IMG/VR virus record: IMGVR_UViG_3300046660_000367
Coordinates: 34,276 to 98,275 of that record
DNA length: 64,000 bases
Source of the DNA: a virus
Reading direction: 5' to 3' (one strand)
Shown: one piece after another, positions 37,257 through 47,537 of the stretch
Layout: each line of letters begins with the position of its first letter
How positions within the stretch are numbered: position 1 is the first letter of the stretch
The notes under the pieces: model-generated
Told to the model about the DNA's origin: nothing
Seen by the model: only the letters and a program-made list of their open reading frames with translations
The model's database searches: none
Position numbers and translations under genes: made by a program

Positions 37257-37619
37257 TTAGGCCGCATGCGCCCGCTGGGCCTCCTTGGCGTCCTTGGCGG
37301 CATAGTATGCCTTGACCTCAGCCAGGATGGCATCGAGCTGGCCCAGCGCCTGCGCATGCACCAGTGCTACCGTTTTCTCAGTGCTGCGCGCGTTGGCGTC
37401 CAGTGCCACGGTCTTGCTGTAGTCGCCGAACAGCTCAAACGACATGAAACCGCGTTCGACCTTGTGTACGGACGCAAAGGCGCTGACGCCAGCGGCACGG
37501 CCATTCGATTCGCGCTTGCTGGTGTTGAAGCGCAGCACGCGGGTGCCCTCCAGCGCTACATCGGTGGTGGCCTGCCAGCCGCGATGCTTGCTCTTTTCCA
37601 GCCTGACTTGATGTTCCAT
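37257..37619 (-). CDS. hypothetical protein
   Basis: AAGGAG SD. Confidence 0.6.
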   Translation of the reverse strand: MEHQVRLEKSKHRGWQATTDVALEGTRVLRFNTSKRESNGRAAGVSAFASVHKVERGFMSFELFGDYSKTVALDANARSTEKTVALVHAQALGQLDAILAEVKAYYAAKDAKEAQRAHAA

Positions 37620-37695
37620 GACGATCTCCTTGAGTGAGTGACGAGGGGGAGTGACGAACGACGAACCGGGGCGCGTGGCCCCGGCAATACGCGGG

Positions 37696-38544
37696 TCAGG
37701 CTTTCAACGTGGCCATGCGCTCGGCCAGGACCCACAGAGCTTTGTTCAACCGCAGGTCCTCATTGACCGACTTGATGGCGCGCGTGCGCATCCGTTTGCC
37801 AGTGGTGCCGCGCCCAGCAATGCCGCCCTTGACGAAATTTTCCTGCACCACGTTGAAGGTGGTCCACAAGTCGGGCAGCGTGTCATCACGGCGTTGCGGG
37901 CGCAGCAGCGCAGCAGGCTCAAACGGCGCGGTGCTGTTGCCGTCCAGGTCGGCAGGGTAGCGTAGCTGCACAGCGGCGGCGGCAAACGCGGCCTGCTCGC
38001 CCCGGTCAAGCTGGATACGCTTCATGACATCGACATGCTCCAGTACCTGCGGCATGGTCTCTATGATGCGGCAGCAACCGTCGATCACCATGCCGCCCAC
38101 GTTGCTAGAGTGGCGCAGGCTGATCGCGCCCAGGTCGCTGGATTTGACCATCAGGCCATTGGAGCATTTGAGGCGGAACAGGCCCGCTTCGAGCTGGAAG
38201 CCGCTGGAGCGGTCATGCGAGTTGACCAGTACGATTTCAGGGATTTCAGGTTCCAGCTCGCCATGTTTCGCATAGAAGTGATGACCAGGATTGAGCGCCT
38301 GACGGTCAACCATGTCCTGCGCACGTTGAAAGCGGACCATGTGCTTAGTGAATTCGCCCTTGCCCTCAATGCGGCAAGCGCTTTGCTGGGCCTTGACCGG
38401 CATGAAGCCCTCTTTGCGCATCATTTCCACTACGTCGATGGTCGGAATGAAGGCGTACTTGTCGGACACCTCGGCCCATGCCGTGGTGGCGAAGATCGAT
38501 GGGGCGGCGCGCAGGAGCTGCTGATTCGTCAGAGCGGCAATCAT
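37696..38544 (-). CDS. DUF932 (DUF945-like) domain protein
   Basis: APSIFA...SDKY.FIPT...EGF.P...KHMVRF...EIVLVNSHD.SS.FQL.AGLFRL.CSNG. Confidence 0.88.
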   Translation of the reverse strand: MIAALTNQQLLRAAPSIFATTAWAEVSDKYAFIPTIDVVEMMRKEGFMPVKAQQSACRIEGKGEFTKHMVRFQRAQDMVDRQALNPGHHFYAKHGELEPEIPEIVLVNSHDRSSGFQLEAGLFRLKCSNGLMVKSSDLGAISLRHSSNVGGMVIDGCCRIIETMPQVLEHVDVMKRIQLDRGEQAAFAAAAVQLRYPADLDGNSTAPFEPAALLRPQRRDDTLPDLWTTFNVVQENFVKGGIAGRGTTGKRMRTRAIKSVNEDLRLNKALWVLAERMATLKA

Positions 38545-38634
38545 GATGATTCCTTTCAGAGAGATAGCAAGTGCGGGCGGAATAGCCCGTTCCTCCACTA
38601 TATAGCATTACGCTACATACTTCAAGGATGAGAT

Positions 38635-39195
38635 ATGGCTACCATTACAGGTGAGCCAGCGCAGTATGACTTTGATGCAGCCGAGCTGGAGTATCACGCG
38701 GGGGGCTGGTCGATCAATGCGCTGGCCAATAAATACAGCATCCCGGAGGCCACGCTGCGCCGGCATGCGAAGAAGCACGGATGGGTGCGAGGCAATGTCG
38801 ATCTGAAGCGCACGATGGTGCGCGAGGCCATGGCGGGCTTCTCACTTGACGAACAGGTGACGAACGACCTTACTATTACTCAAGTTCGTCAACTGCGTGC
38901 TGACGCCGCCAGCCAGGACGTGGCCGACATGAACATGGGCTTAACGGTGGCCCGCAAGTGCATGGCGGCGCTGCTGGTCATGTGCGACCAGGTGGAGCAT
39001 CCGAAGGAGGTGAAACTGATCGTGGAGGCCAACAAGGGCGCGGTCGAGACCATCCGCAAGATACGTTCGCTGGACGCTGACGACGCGCCCGAGGCATCCG
39101 TGACGGTGGATATCGGCGACGGCTTCGCCGAGCTGCGCGCGGCCTTTAAGCGCCGCCTGGAGCAATCTACGGGCGATGCTGACGCCAGCGAGTAG
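38635..39195 (+). CDS. terS: terminase small subunit
   Basis: N-terminal HTH (SINALANKYSIPEATLRRHAKKHGWVR); upstream of terL. Confidence 0.7.
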   Translation: MATITGEPAQYDFDAAELEYHAGGWSINALANKYSIPEATLRRHAKKHGWVRGNVDLKRTMVREAMAGFSLDEQVTNDLTITQVRQLRADAASQDVADMNMGLTVARKCMAALLVMCDQVEHPKEVKLIVEANKGAVETIRKIRSLDADDAPEASVTVDIGDGFAELRAAFKRRLEQSTGDADASE

Positions 39196-39205
39196 GGGAC
39201 AGACG

Positions 39206-39234
39206 AAAAAAATCCGGCTGTGGGCCGGATTCTT
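39206..39234. terminator. hairpin terminator between convergent genes
   Basis: A-run AATCCGGC-tgtgg-GCCGGATT. Confidence 0.6.
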
Positions 39235-39450
39235 GGGTGGCGCTGGGTCTGTCACGATTCCACTATGTCGAGGTCGCGCAGGTCGGCGGCGAGGTAGGCG
39301 CAGAATTGGGCGAACGACCAGTCAGGGTTCCAGGTGCCGCGCGGTATGGCGCGCATCACCTTGACGCAGAAGTCGTCCTCATGTTCCGCAGTCCACACAT
39401 GCGTTGCTCCGCTCTGCTTGGTTTCAGTAATGGTCAGCATAGTAGTGCCG

Positions 39451-39870
39451 TCAGGCGTCGGTGATGCGGTCGGCGAAGTGCTGCTCTACTTCGGCCACGG
39501 ACAGGAACGTTTCAGCCCAATCCAGCGCTTCTTCCGGCGTCATCGGCACGAGATCGGACCCGCCAGAAAACCCATTGTTGCCGACTGGCTGGCGGAAGCG
39601 CGACATTGCCCCACCCTCACCAGCCAGGAAGTAACGGCGCGAGGTTGGCGTGACATACAACGTGGCCTCCCACCACGAAAAGTCACTCCGTCCCACTCCG
39701 CTTGCGGATGCGCTGCCCACCACTTCGGCCTTGTCGCTGTCGTAGCGCACGCCGTTGATGATCTTTTTCATGCCGCCATCCTTTGGTGGTTTGGGTTCAT
39801 TCAGCTTGTCGTACTCCTCCGACGACACGCCACGCGAGAGGGCGAAGCGTTTGTGTTCGGTGCGATTCAT
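39451..39870 (-). CDS. conserved phage hypothetical protein between terS and terL
   Basis: KKIINGVRYD..KA...TLY.T...RYFLAGEGG.MSR. Confidence 0.65.
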   Translation of the reverse strand: MNRTEHKRFALSRGVSSEEYDKLNEPKPPKDGGMKKIINGVRYDSDKAEVVGSASASGVGRSDFSWWEATLYVTPTSRRYFLAGEGGAMSRFRQPVGNNGFSGGSDLVPMTPEEALDWAETFLSVAEVEQHFADRITDA

Positions 39871-39980
39871 GTAGACCTCCATTCGCTGATTGTGCGGGGC
39901 ACATGCACCCGCTAGGTGCAGTATAGACACGCACCCGCAGAGTGCAAGGACAAACACCACTTGCAACACTGGACCACACG

Positions 39981-41597
39981 ATGCTGACACTACCCACTGA
40001 AATCCGCGCCGCGCTGCAGGCCGCGCCGTTCGCCAGGGTGGCCGACTTGTGGGAGTTGGTCGAACGCCAGTACGGCATGCCTGGCAAGGCCTGGCTGGGG
40101 AGGAATGATCGGTTCTACTTGCTGACGCGCCTGCTGCACCGGCTTGATGCGGTGCATCCGTGGCTGTACGCGCGCTGCCGCGAGCTGGAAGCGGCCCCGG
40201 ATGGGCACCTGGACCTCTGGGCGCGCGAGCATTACAAGTCAACCCTTGGGACGTTCGCTGGCATCATCCAGGAGCTACTGATTAACCCTGAGTGCACCAT
40301 CGGGATTTTCAGCCACACCAAGCCGGTCGCCCGCAAGTTCCTACTCCAGATCAAGCAGGAGCTGGAAGCGAACAGGGAGCTGCAAGAGACCTACCCGGAC
40401 GTGCTGTACGCCGACCCGCGCAACGAGTCGTCCAAGTGGTCCGAAGAAAAAGGGATCGTGGTACGCCGCCGCAGCAACCCAAAAGAGGCGTCAGTCGAAG
40501 CACATGGGCTGGTGGATGGCCAGCCAACCGGGGCGCACTTCATGCTGCGCGTATATGACGACGTTGTCACCCGCGAGTCCGTCAGCACGCCGGACCAAGT
40601 GAGCAAGACCACCAGTGCATGGGAGCTGTCCGACAATCTGGGCGCACGCGGCGAGGACGGCAAGACGCGCGCATGGCATTTTGGGACCCGCTACAGTTTT
40701 GCCGACAGCTACAACGACATTCTGGAGCGCGGCGCGCTGATTCCGCGCCTGTTCGCCGCCACCCACAACGGCATGCCCGATGGAGTGCCGGTATTCCTGA
40801 CGCCCGAAGCGTGGGCCGCGAAGAAGCTGGTGCAGGGACCAGCGACGATAGCGTGCCAACAACTGCAAAATCCCGCCGCTGGCAATGAGGCTATGTTCCG
40901 CAAGGAGTGGTTGAGCTTCATCGACATCAGGCCCGCAACCCTGAACGTCTACATCATGGTGGACCCGGCCCACAGCAAAAAGAAGGGATCGGACAACACG
41001 GCGATGGCCGTTGTCGGCATCGACAGCGGCGGCAACAAGTACCTGCTGGACGGCTACCGCCACAAGATGGGCCTACGCGAGCGCTGGGAAGCCCTGCGCG
41101 GCCTGCGCAAGGTGTGGCTCGCACAACCGGGCGTGCAGATGGTGCGCGTCGGATATGAGCGTTACGGGATGCAAGCGGACCTTGAGTATTTCGAGGAACA
41201 GATGCAGCGTGACAAAGACGCATTCGAGATCGCGGAGTTGAACTGGACCAGCGACGGTGCGCAGGCCAAGGACGACAGGGTGCAGCGTTTGCAGCCCGAC
41301 TTCATGGCGCACAAGTTCTTCCTGGCTGCGGTGACGCAGACGGAGACCAGCAACCAACGCCGCATCCGCGAGCAGGGGCAGGCCTTCCGCATCTTCAAGC
41401 CAGTCAGCCGCAGAGATCACGAGGGCAACGTGTATTCGTTGAACAAGGGGTTCCTGGAAGAATTCCTCACGTATCCCTTCAGCGCCAAGAAGGACCTGAT
41501 CGACGCGGTGAGCCGCATCCATGACATGGAGCCGGTGCCGCCAACCCTGATCGACGAACGGATGCTGGAGCCGGAGACCTACGCCGACGGCATGTAA
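39981..41597 (+). CDS. terL: terminase large subunit
   Basis: AREHYKST (Walker A variant), YDDVV (Walker B), GTRY, nuclease VDPA...SD.TA, KDLIDA. Confidence 0.9.
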   Translation: MLTLPTEIRAALQAAPFARVADLWELVERQYGMPGKAWLGRNDRFYLLTRLLHRLDAVHPWLYARCRELEAAPDGHLDLWAREHYKSTLGTFAGIIQELLINPECTIGIFSHTKPVARKFLLQIKQELEANRELQETYPDVLYADPRNESSKWSEEKGIVVRRRSNPKEASVEAHGLVDGQPTGAHFMLRVYDDVVTRESVSTPDQVSKTTSAWELSDNLGARGEDGKTRAWHFGTRYSFADSYNDILERGALIPRLFAATHNGMPDGVPVFLTPEAWAAKKLVQGPATIACQQLQNPAAGNEAMFRKEWLSFIDIRPATLNVYIMVDPAHSKKKGSDNTAMAVVGIDSGGNKYLLDGYRHKMGLRERWEALRGLRKVWLAQPGVQMVRVGYERYGMQADLEYFEEQMQRDKDAFEIAELNWTSDGAQAKDDRVQRLQPDFMAHKFFLAAVTQTETSNQRRIREQGQAFRIFKPVSRRDHEGNVYSLNKGFLEEFLTYPFSAKKDLIDAVSRIHDMEPVPPTLIDERMLEPETYADGM

Positions 41598-41861
41598 GCC
41601 AGCGGCCCGCCGCACCGAAGCCACGGAGGACACCATGCGTACCCGCTGCCGTCGTCGCTACACCGAACCCGGTCCCATCGTCCAGGCCCTTGCGATGCTG
41701 CTCGGGCTGCTGATGCTGGCCGCAGCAACCGCTGCGGTGGTGCTGCTGGCGCGCTCGCTCAACCCCTGTTTCTGCTGGTAGGAACATACCAGCGCATCCA
41801 TTTAAACGCCGCCACGGCCCGCTATGCAAGCCGGATTGCGGCTTTATCGGAGAAACCACGC

Positions 41862-42119
41862 ATGGAACTGCCCGAACTGGTGTGCGGCGTCACGCACATG
41901 CTGGAACACGCGCTCTACGAGCATATCAAGGACTACCAGGGCAGACAGCCGCTGCGCTTCGAGCTGCACCCGGCGCTGAAGCCCGAGCTGTACAGCGAGC
42001 AAAGGTTCTATCGGGACCTGATCGCACCTGACCAGTTCCACGGCGTCGAGATCGTGTTCACCGTGCAGGCCAGCCAACCGCGCCTGATCACCTACCGCAA
42101 TGAAGTGCAGTACATCTGA
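41862..42119 (+). CDS. hypothetical protein
   Basis: GGAG SD. Confidence 0.5.
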   Translation: MELPELVCGVTHMLEHALYEHIKDYQGRQPLRFELHPALKPELYSEQRFYRDLIAPDQFHGVEIVFTVQASQPRLITYRNEVQYI

Positions 42120-42133
42120 CCCAAGGACACGCT

Positions 42134-42400
42134 ATGCCCAAGCTCATGCCACCGCTGCCACCGTCGCCAGTGCAAGCCCCGATGCCACCCCAGCCGGTCG
42201 CCAGTGTCGCGCCGGTGCAGCAGCCGCCGATGCCGCCCGCGCTGTCGCCGATGGCCCGCCCGCCAGTCGCTGCCAGCCAGCGCGTGGTGCCCAGCGTGAC
42301 GACCCCGCGCGGCGTGGTGCGCACCGACACGCATAACGCCGCCAACAACCATGTGCCAGCGTCCGCCAAGCACCAGGGCCGCGGCTTCAAAGGGGGCTGA
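42134..42400 (+). CDS. Pro-rich hypothetical protein
   Basis: AAGGA SD. Confidence 0.45.
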   Translation: MPKLMPPLPPSPVQAPMPPQPVASVAPVQQPPMPPALSPMARPPVAASQRVVPSVTTPRGVVRTDTHNAANNHVPASAKHQGRGFKGG

Positions 42401-42592
42401 CATGCTTGATCCAACCATCCCCAGCTTCACCGACCAGCTCTGGTCCAACGAGGTCGGGCTGGCCGACCCGGAAGCGAACACGCCATCCCCCGGCGGCACC
42501 TACACGTTCAGCAATGGGCGCACGCGCACCGACAACACGCTGTACGACCCGCGCCCGCTGAACGAGGCACCGCCACCTTGAAGGAGCCGCCC

Positions 42593-42814
42593 ATGCCTTA
42601 CCTGATTTGGCAGATATCGCGCCGCTGCTGGCGCGGTGCCGACCTGTTCAACATGACGCCGCGCGGCCAGTACCTGATGCTACGCAGCCGCCAGCGCTAC
42701 GCCCAGCGCGCCGACGCCTATCTGCCCAGCCTGGAACCCCTGCGCGGCGAGATCGGGACCATCGAATCCTTCCGCTTCATCGGCAGCGTGGCAGACGCGG
42801 CGCCTGCACTGTGA
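42593..42814 (+). CDS. small protein ending in a capsid-like GEIG motif
   Basis: AAGGAG SD; LRGEIGTIESFRFI. Confidence 0.5.
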   Translation: MPYLIWQISRRCWRGADLFNMTPRGQYLMLRSRQRYAQRADAYLPSLEPLRGEIGTIESFRFIGSVADAAPAL

Positions 42815-43072
42815 GCTTCCCACGCACCCGCCAAGAGGCCATGGACGAGAAGCGCGATCTGGCGCGCGCCGACTACGACGCGCTGCCGGAAGCGATCAAG
42901 CACTACTACAGCTGGGAACAGTACCAGTGGCTATCGGATAACGAGAAGGCCAGCTTGATCCAGTCCGAAACAGAGCCAGACCAGTACGACAACTGACGCC
43001 CGCGCCGCCGGTGCGCTGCGTCCCAAGCTGGGAAGACCGGGCAAGGTCAACCCCTCAAACAGGACCACCCCA

Positions 43073-43429
43073 ATGACACGACTGCTCAACGGCCTGGACG
43101 AAACGGCTGTCACCACCGCCAACGACCACATCATGGCCAAGACCATGGCCGATGCGCTGGTGGCGCACTATCCCGCGCCGCACTTGTGGGCGGTGTCGGC
43201 TGACTCCAAGACCGGGCTGTGCATCATCCGCAACCTGCTGCTGTCGGGGAACATGGGCTTTGTCCTCAAGATTCCCGATATCTACAGCGCCAGTGCGTTC
43301 AAGGCCGATGTGATCCGTGCGGGCGGCGAACTGCTGGAGCGCTACCGCCTGAACGTTGGCCGCTTCAACGAGCAGCAGTACGCGGACCTTAAAACCGACT
43401 TCAAGGGCGAATTCACATTCGACACATGA
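43073..43429 (+). CDS. conserved phage hypothetical protein
   Basis: L..HYP..HLWAV...GGELLERYRL. Confidence 0.65.
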   Translation: MTRLLNGLDETAVTTANDHIMAKTMADALVAHYPAPHLWAVSADSKTGLCIIRNLLLSGNMGFVLKIPDIYSASAFKADVIRAGGELLERYRLNVGRFNEQQYADLKTDFKGEFTFDT

Positions 43430-46400
43430 TGACCACTTCCCCTCCCGACTGGCTGACGCTGGCACGCGATGCCTACACCGCGTCCACGTCCTACTTTGAC
43501 GCTTCGATCCGGCAGCAGATCGAGGCCGACTTGCGCCAGTCGCAGGGGCAGCACCCGGTCGGCTCCAAGTACCTGGCCGACAAGAGCCGGTCGCGCCTGT
43601 TCCGGCCCAAGACGCGCGCCACGATCCGCAAGAATGAAGCGGTGGCCGCCGAAGCCTTCTTTTCGACCAAGGACGTGGTGCAAATCGGCGCGGAGAACGA
43701 CAACGATCCGGTGCAGCAGGCCAGCGCCGCCATGATGTTCGAGCTGCTGCAGTACCGCCTGACCAAGAGCATTCCATGGTTCCTGACCTTGGTGGGCGCG
43801 TACCAGGATGCGCAGACAGTGGGTGTCGTCGCCAGTTACCAGTATTGGGAATACAACGAAAAGAAGAAGCTGGACCGCCCGCAAGTGCGCCTGATCCCGA
43901 TTGAAAACCTACGTTTTGACCCTGGCGCTTCCTGGACCGATCCGGTCGGCACCAGCCCCTATTTGGTCGAGCTGATCCCGATGTACCTGGGCGAGGTCAA
44001 GGCGCGCATGAACACGCCGGACCCGAAGACCGGCGAGGCCAAGTGGAACCTGCTGCCAGACGCCGTCATCATGTCGGCCACCAAGAGCTACGGCGACACC
44101 ATCCGCATGCAGCGCGAAGGCCAGCGCATGGACAGCAAGAGCCAGCAGCAGGCCAACAACGCATTTAACATCGTGTGGGTACATAAAAACATCGTCAGCG
44201 TGGACGACGAGGACTACGTGTACTACACGCTCGGCTGCGAACACCTATTGAGCGAGCCAGTGCCGCTGGACCAGCGCTACTTCCACGGCAAGCGGCCTTA
44301 CGTCATCGGCTCCTGCGTCATCGAGACGCACAAGAACTATCCGTCGTCGGTGCCGCGATTGACACGCGACGTGCAGGCCGAGATCAACGAGGTGGCCAAC
44401 CAGAGGATAGACAACGTCAAGCTGGCGATGAACAAGCGCTACTTCGCACGACGCAACAAACAGGTCGATATCCGCAGCGTCACGCGCAACGTGCCGGGCA
44501 GCGTAACACTGATGCAGGACGTGGACGACGTGAAGGTGGTCGAGTTCAACGACGTGACCGGCAGCAGCTACAAAGAACAGGAAGTTCTCAATCTGGACTT
44601 TGACGACATGGCGGGCGCGTTCTCCGGTTCGTCAGTGCAGTCGAACAGGAAGCTAAATGAAACCGTCGGCGGCATGAAGCTGCTGGACACCAACGCCAAT
44701 CAGGTCAGCGGCTACCAGCTACGCACCTTTGTGGAAACCTGGGTCGAGCCGGTGCTGCGCCAGATCGTGCTGCTAGAACAGTATTACGAGACCGACGAAA
44801 CGCTGGTGGCCTTGTGCGGCGACGCGGCGCAGCTGGCGCAGAAGTTCGGCATCGATCAAGTCACCGACGACATGCTGATGCAGGAATTCAGCTTGAACGT
44901 GAATGTCGGCATGGGCGCGACCAACCCGCAGGACCAAGTGAAACAGTTCATTAGCGGCATGACGGCGCTGCGCGACATGCTGGCCGACGGTTCCCTGATG
45001 AAGCTGGGCCTGAAAGTCGAGGAAGTCATCAAGGAATTGTTCGGCAAGCTGGGCTACAAGGACGGCGGGCGTTTCTTCGACATGAAAAACGAGGACCCGC
45101 AGCTGAAACAGATGCAGGCCACCATCGACCAGCTGCAACAGGCGCTGGACGCCAAGATGGACCCGAAGATCATCGACGCCACGGTGCGCAAGATCGACGC
45201 CGAGATCGCCAGCATGGGCGTCAAGGACAAGGTGCAGAACGCGAACGCGGTCAAGCAGGGCACCGAGGCCCAATTCAGCGCCATGCAGACCGCCGAAGTC
45301 ATCGCCGCCGTGCCTGCTGTCGCACCGATTGCCGACGAGCTGATGCGCGCCGCAGGCTATACGCCACCCACACCGGCAGGCGTGGACCCGAATTTCCCGC
45401 AACCGGGGATCGCCGACCCGAACCTGGGCATCAAGGACGTACAGAACAAGCGCACCGGCATCGGCTTCATGCCGGGCGATGGCAGCGCACCGCCACCGCT
45501 ACCCCCGCCGTCAACCACCTTGCGCCCCGCAGGACCGGCGACACCGGGCGTGGGCGAGCGCCAGGGCATCGAGACCACGCGGCCCGACTCGATTGCGCAA
45601 GCGGCGTTTGCTGACGGCGGCATGATCCGCCCGACCCAGTTCAGCGGCACAGGGGATTACATCAATACCCTGCAAAAGGGCGGCGACTTCATCAACTCCG
45701 ATGGCGAGACGGACAACTTGAACCACTACACCGCAGCGCTGTCGGCGATGGGGCTGGCCCCGAACGCGATCAACAACAGCCCGCTGGCTGATGGGCTGGC
45801 CAATTCCACGTTCAACACCGGAGACATGGATGCCAACAGCGGCATTCAAAGCATGCTGGACGAATCGGCCTTCAACACCGGGCGCCTGGCTGATGGCGGC
45901 CTGATTGGCGACGCGCTCAACAGTTACGATAACTGGTCGCAGAACCACCCAGCCGCCAAGCTGGCCCTTGACGTGCTGCCGGTGACGAATGTCGTCACCT
46001 CGGCCATGGACGTGGCCAACGATCTGCACAAGGGCGAGTATTGGACCGCTGCCGGTGATGCGCTGGGCCTGATCCCCGGCTTCAAGCTGGCCAAGACGGC
46101 GGTCATGCCAAGCAAGATCGCACAAGTGGCCGCACTGGCGTCACAGTACCGCCGCCCGATTGACGCGGCGGTCAATGCGGTGCCTGAGTACATCAGCAAA
46201 CTGCAGCCGCAGCAACATCAATTAGCACTACCGTCATCGCCAACAGACGCATCACCCTACGCCTCCTATGCCGACGGCGGCCTGATCGCCGGGCCGGGCA
46301 GCGGCACCTCTGACTCAATTGCGGCGGTCGCCAATGGCCAGCCGCTGGCCGTGTCCAACGGCGAGTACCACATTCCCGCCGCTGTCGTGTCGGCGCTGGG

Positions 46401-46590
46401 GCGCGACTTCTTCGACAAGCTGGTCGAGCAGTTCCACCAGCCGACTGACGGCACGCACGCGCCAATGCCGGCCAGTGCCGACCCGCTCGCCATGGAGCAG
46501 GGTGACTTCATTGTGCCAGCCGATGTCGTGCAGGCACTGGGCGCCGACTTCTTCGACCATCTGGTGAAACTGTACGGCGGTGCGCAATGA
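43426..46590 (+). CDS. portal protein (podovirus-like) with about 330-aa C-terminal extension
   Basis: RSRLFRPKTR, ENLRFDP, Q.EINE..NQR.DNV, ETVGGM, TFVETWVEP; position after terL. Confidence 0.85.
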   Translation: MMTTSPPDWLTLARDAYTASTSYFDASIRQQIEADLRQSQGQHPVGSKYLADKSRSRLFRPKTRATIRKNEAVAAEAFFSTKDVVQIGAENDNDPVQQASAAMMFELLQYRLTKSIPWFLTLVGAYQDAQTVGVVASYQYWEYNEKKKLDRPQVRLIPIENLRFDPGASWTDPVGTSPYLVELIPMYLGEVKARMNTPDPKTGEAKWNLLPDAVIMSATKSYGDTIRMQREGQRMDSKSQQQANNAFNIVWVHKNIVSVDDEDYVYYTLGCEHLLSEPVPLDQRYFHGKRPYVIGSCVIETHKNYPSSVPRLTRDVQAEINEVANQRIDNVKLAMNKRYFARRNKQVDIRSVTRNVPGSVTLMQDVDDVKVVEFNDVTGSSYKEQEVLNLDFDDMAGAFSGSSVQSNRKLNETVGGMKLLDTNANQVSGYQLRTFVETWVEPVLRQIVLLEQYYETDETLVALCGDAAQLAQKFGIDQVTDDMLMQEFSLNVNVGMGATNPQDQVKQFISGMTALRDMLADGSLMKLGLKVEEVIKELFGKLGYKDGGRFFDMKNEDPQLKQMQATIDQLQQALDAKMDPKIIDATVRKIDAEIASMGVKDKVQNANAVKQGTEAQFSAMQTAEVIAAVPAVAPIADELMRAAGYTPPTPAGVDPNFPQPGIADPNLGIKDVQNKRTGIGFMPGDGSAPPPLPPPSTTLRPAGPATPGVGERQGIETTRPDSIAQAAFADGGMIRPTQFSGTGDYINTLQKGGDFINSDGETDNLNHYTAALSAMGLAPNAINNSPLADGLANSTFNTGDMDANSGIQSMLDESAFNTGRLADGGLIGDALNSYDNWSQNHPAAKLALDVLPVTNVVTSAMDVANDLHKGEYWTAAGDALGLIPGFKLAKTAVMPSKIAQVAALASQYRRPIDAAVNAVPEYISKLQPQQHQLALPSSPTDASPYASYADGGLIAGPGSGTSDSIAAVANGQPLAVSNGEYHIPAAVVSALGRDFFDKLVEQFHQPTDGTHAPMPASADPLAMEQGDFIVPADVVQALGADFFDHLVKLYGGAQ

Positions 46591-46889
46591 GTGGCGTATT
46601 CGAGTCGTCCGATATAGGCGAACTGTACGCCACCGTCGAATTCGGCCTGGACATGGACCAATTCATCAAGTCGCCCATCGGCCAGTACCTGCTGCGCAAG
46701 GCGGGCGAAGAACGCATCGACGCGCTGGCCGACCTGGTCGAAGTGTCACCCGCCGACAGCGAGCGAATCCGCGCGCTGCAATCGATCATCAAACGGGCCG
46801 ACAGCCTGCTGTTCTGGATCAACGACGCGATCCAGGCGGGCAAGAACGCCGAAATGCAACTGGACCCAAGGGAGACCGTGAATGATTGA
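46587..46889 (+). CDS. hypothetical head-module protein
   Basis: coupled to the portal gene. Confidence 0.6.
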   Translation: MSGVFESSDIGELYATVEFGLDMDQFIKSPIGQYLLRKAGEERIDALADLVEVSPADSERIRALQSIIKRADSLLFWINDAIQAGKNAEMQLDPRETVND

Positions 46890-47154
46890 CTTCGACGTGC
46901 TGATGGAGCTGCTGGAGGATGCCGAAGCGCTGCTACTGGAACCGCGCGCGACCTACGACCGCGCCTTGATCGGCATCAGCGAGGGTGTTCGTGGGGCTGG
47001 CGTGGCGGTGTACGACTCGGCCAAGTGCATCGCGGCGCTGGTTGAGGACAACGAGTGGGACTATGACGAGGCGGTGGAGTGGTTCGAGTTCAACACCTCG
47101 GGCGCCTATGTGGGCGAGAAGACGCCGCTGTTCGTCAACGTGGTGATGGCATGA
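46882..47154 (+). CDS. conserved phage hypothetical protein
   Basis: VAVYD..K.I...DEA.EWFEFNT.GAYVGE.TP.F. Confidence 0.65.
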   Translation: MIDFDVLMELLEDAEALLLEPRATYDRALIGISEGVRGAGVAVYDSAKCIAALVEDNEWDYDEAVEWFEFNTSGAYVGEKTPLFVNVVMA

Positions 47155-47537
47155 GCAAGCCGGACTTGCTGGCACTGCTGCCTTACAAGGCCTTCTTCCA
47201 GCCGGACTTCATCTGGTGGCTCGATCACAACCGCGATGTGTACGACACCTTTGAACAGCAGACCCTGGCACTGATCGCCAAAGGCCACTCGCGTTCGTCG
47301 GCAATGACCATCGTGGGAGACATTCGCTATCACATGGCGATGCGGTCGGTGGACGATGGCGACTTCAAGATTTCCAATGCGCGTGCGGCCGATCTGGCGC
47401 GGGTGTTCGTCATTCGCCATCCGGTCCATGCGCTGTTTTGGGAGTACCGCCGCCCGGACTGGCGTGACTTCCTCCAGTCGCTCGGCGTGTTGCCGACGCC
47501 GCCGCAGACCGACCTGTTCGCATCAGCGCCATGCTGA
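47151..47537 (+). CDS. conserved phage hypothetical protein
   Basis: N..VY..FE...SA..I...IRYH...FKISN....LAR.F. Confidence 0.6.
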   Translation: MSKPDLLALLPYKAFFQPDFIWWLDHNRDVYDTFEQQTLALIAKGHSRSSAMTIVGDIRYHMAMRSVDDGDFKISNARAADLARVFVIRHPVHALFWEYRRPDWRDFLQSLGVLPTPPQTDLFASAPC

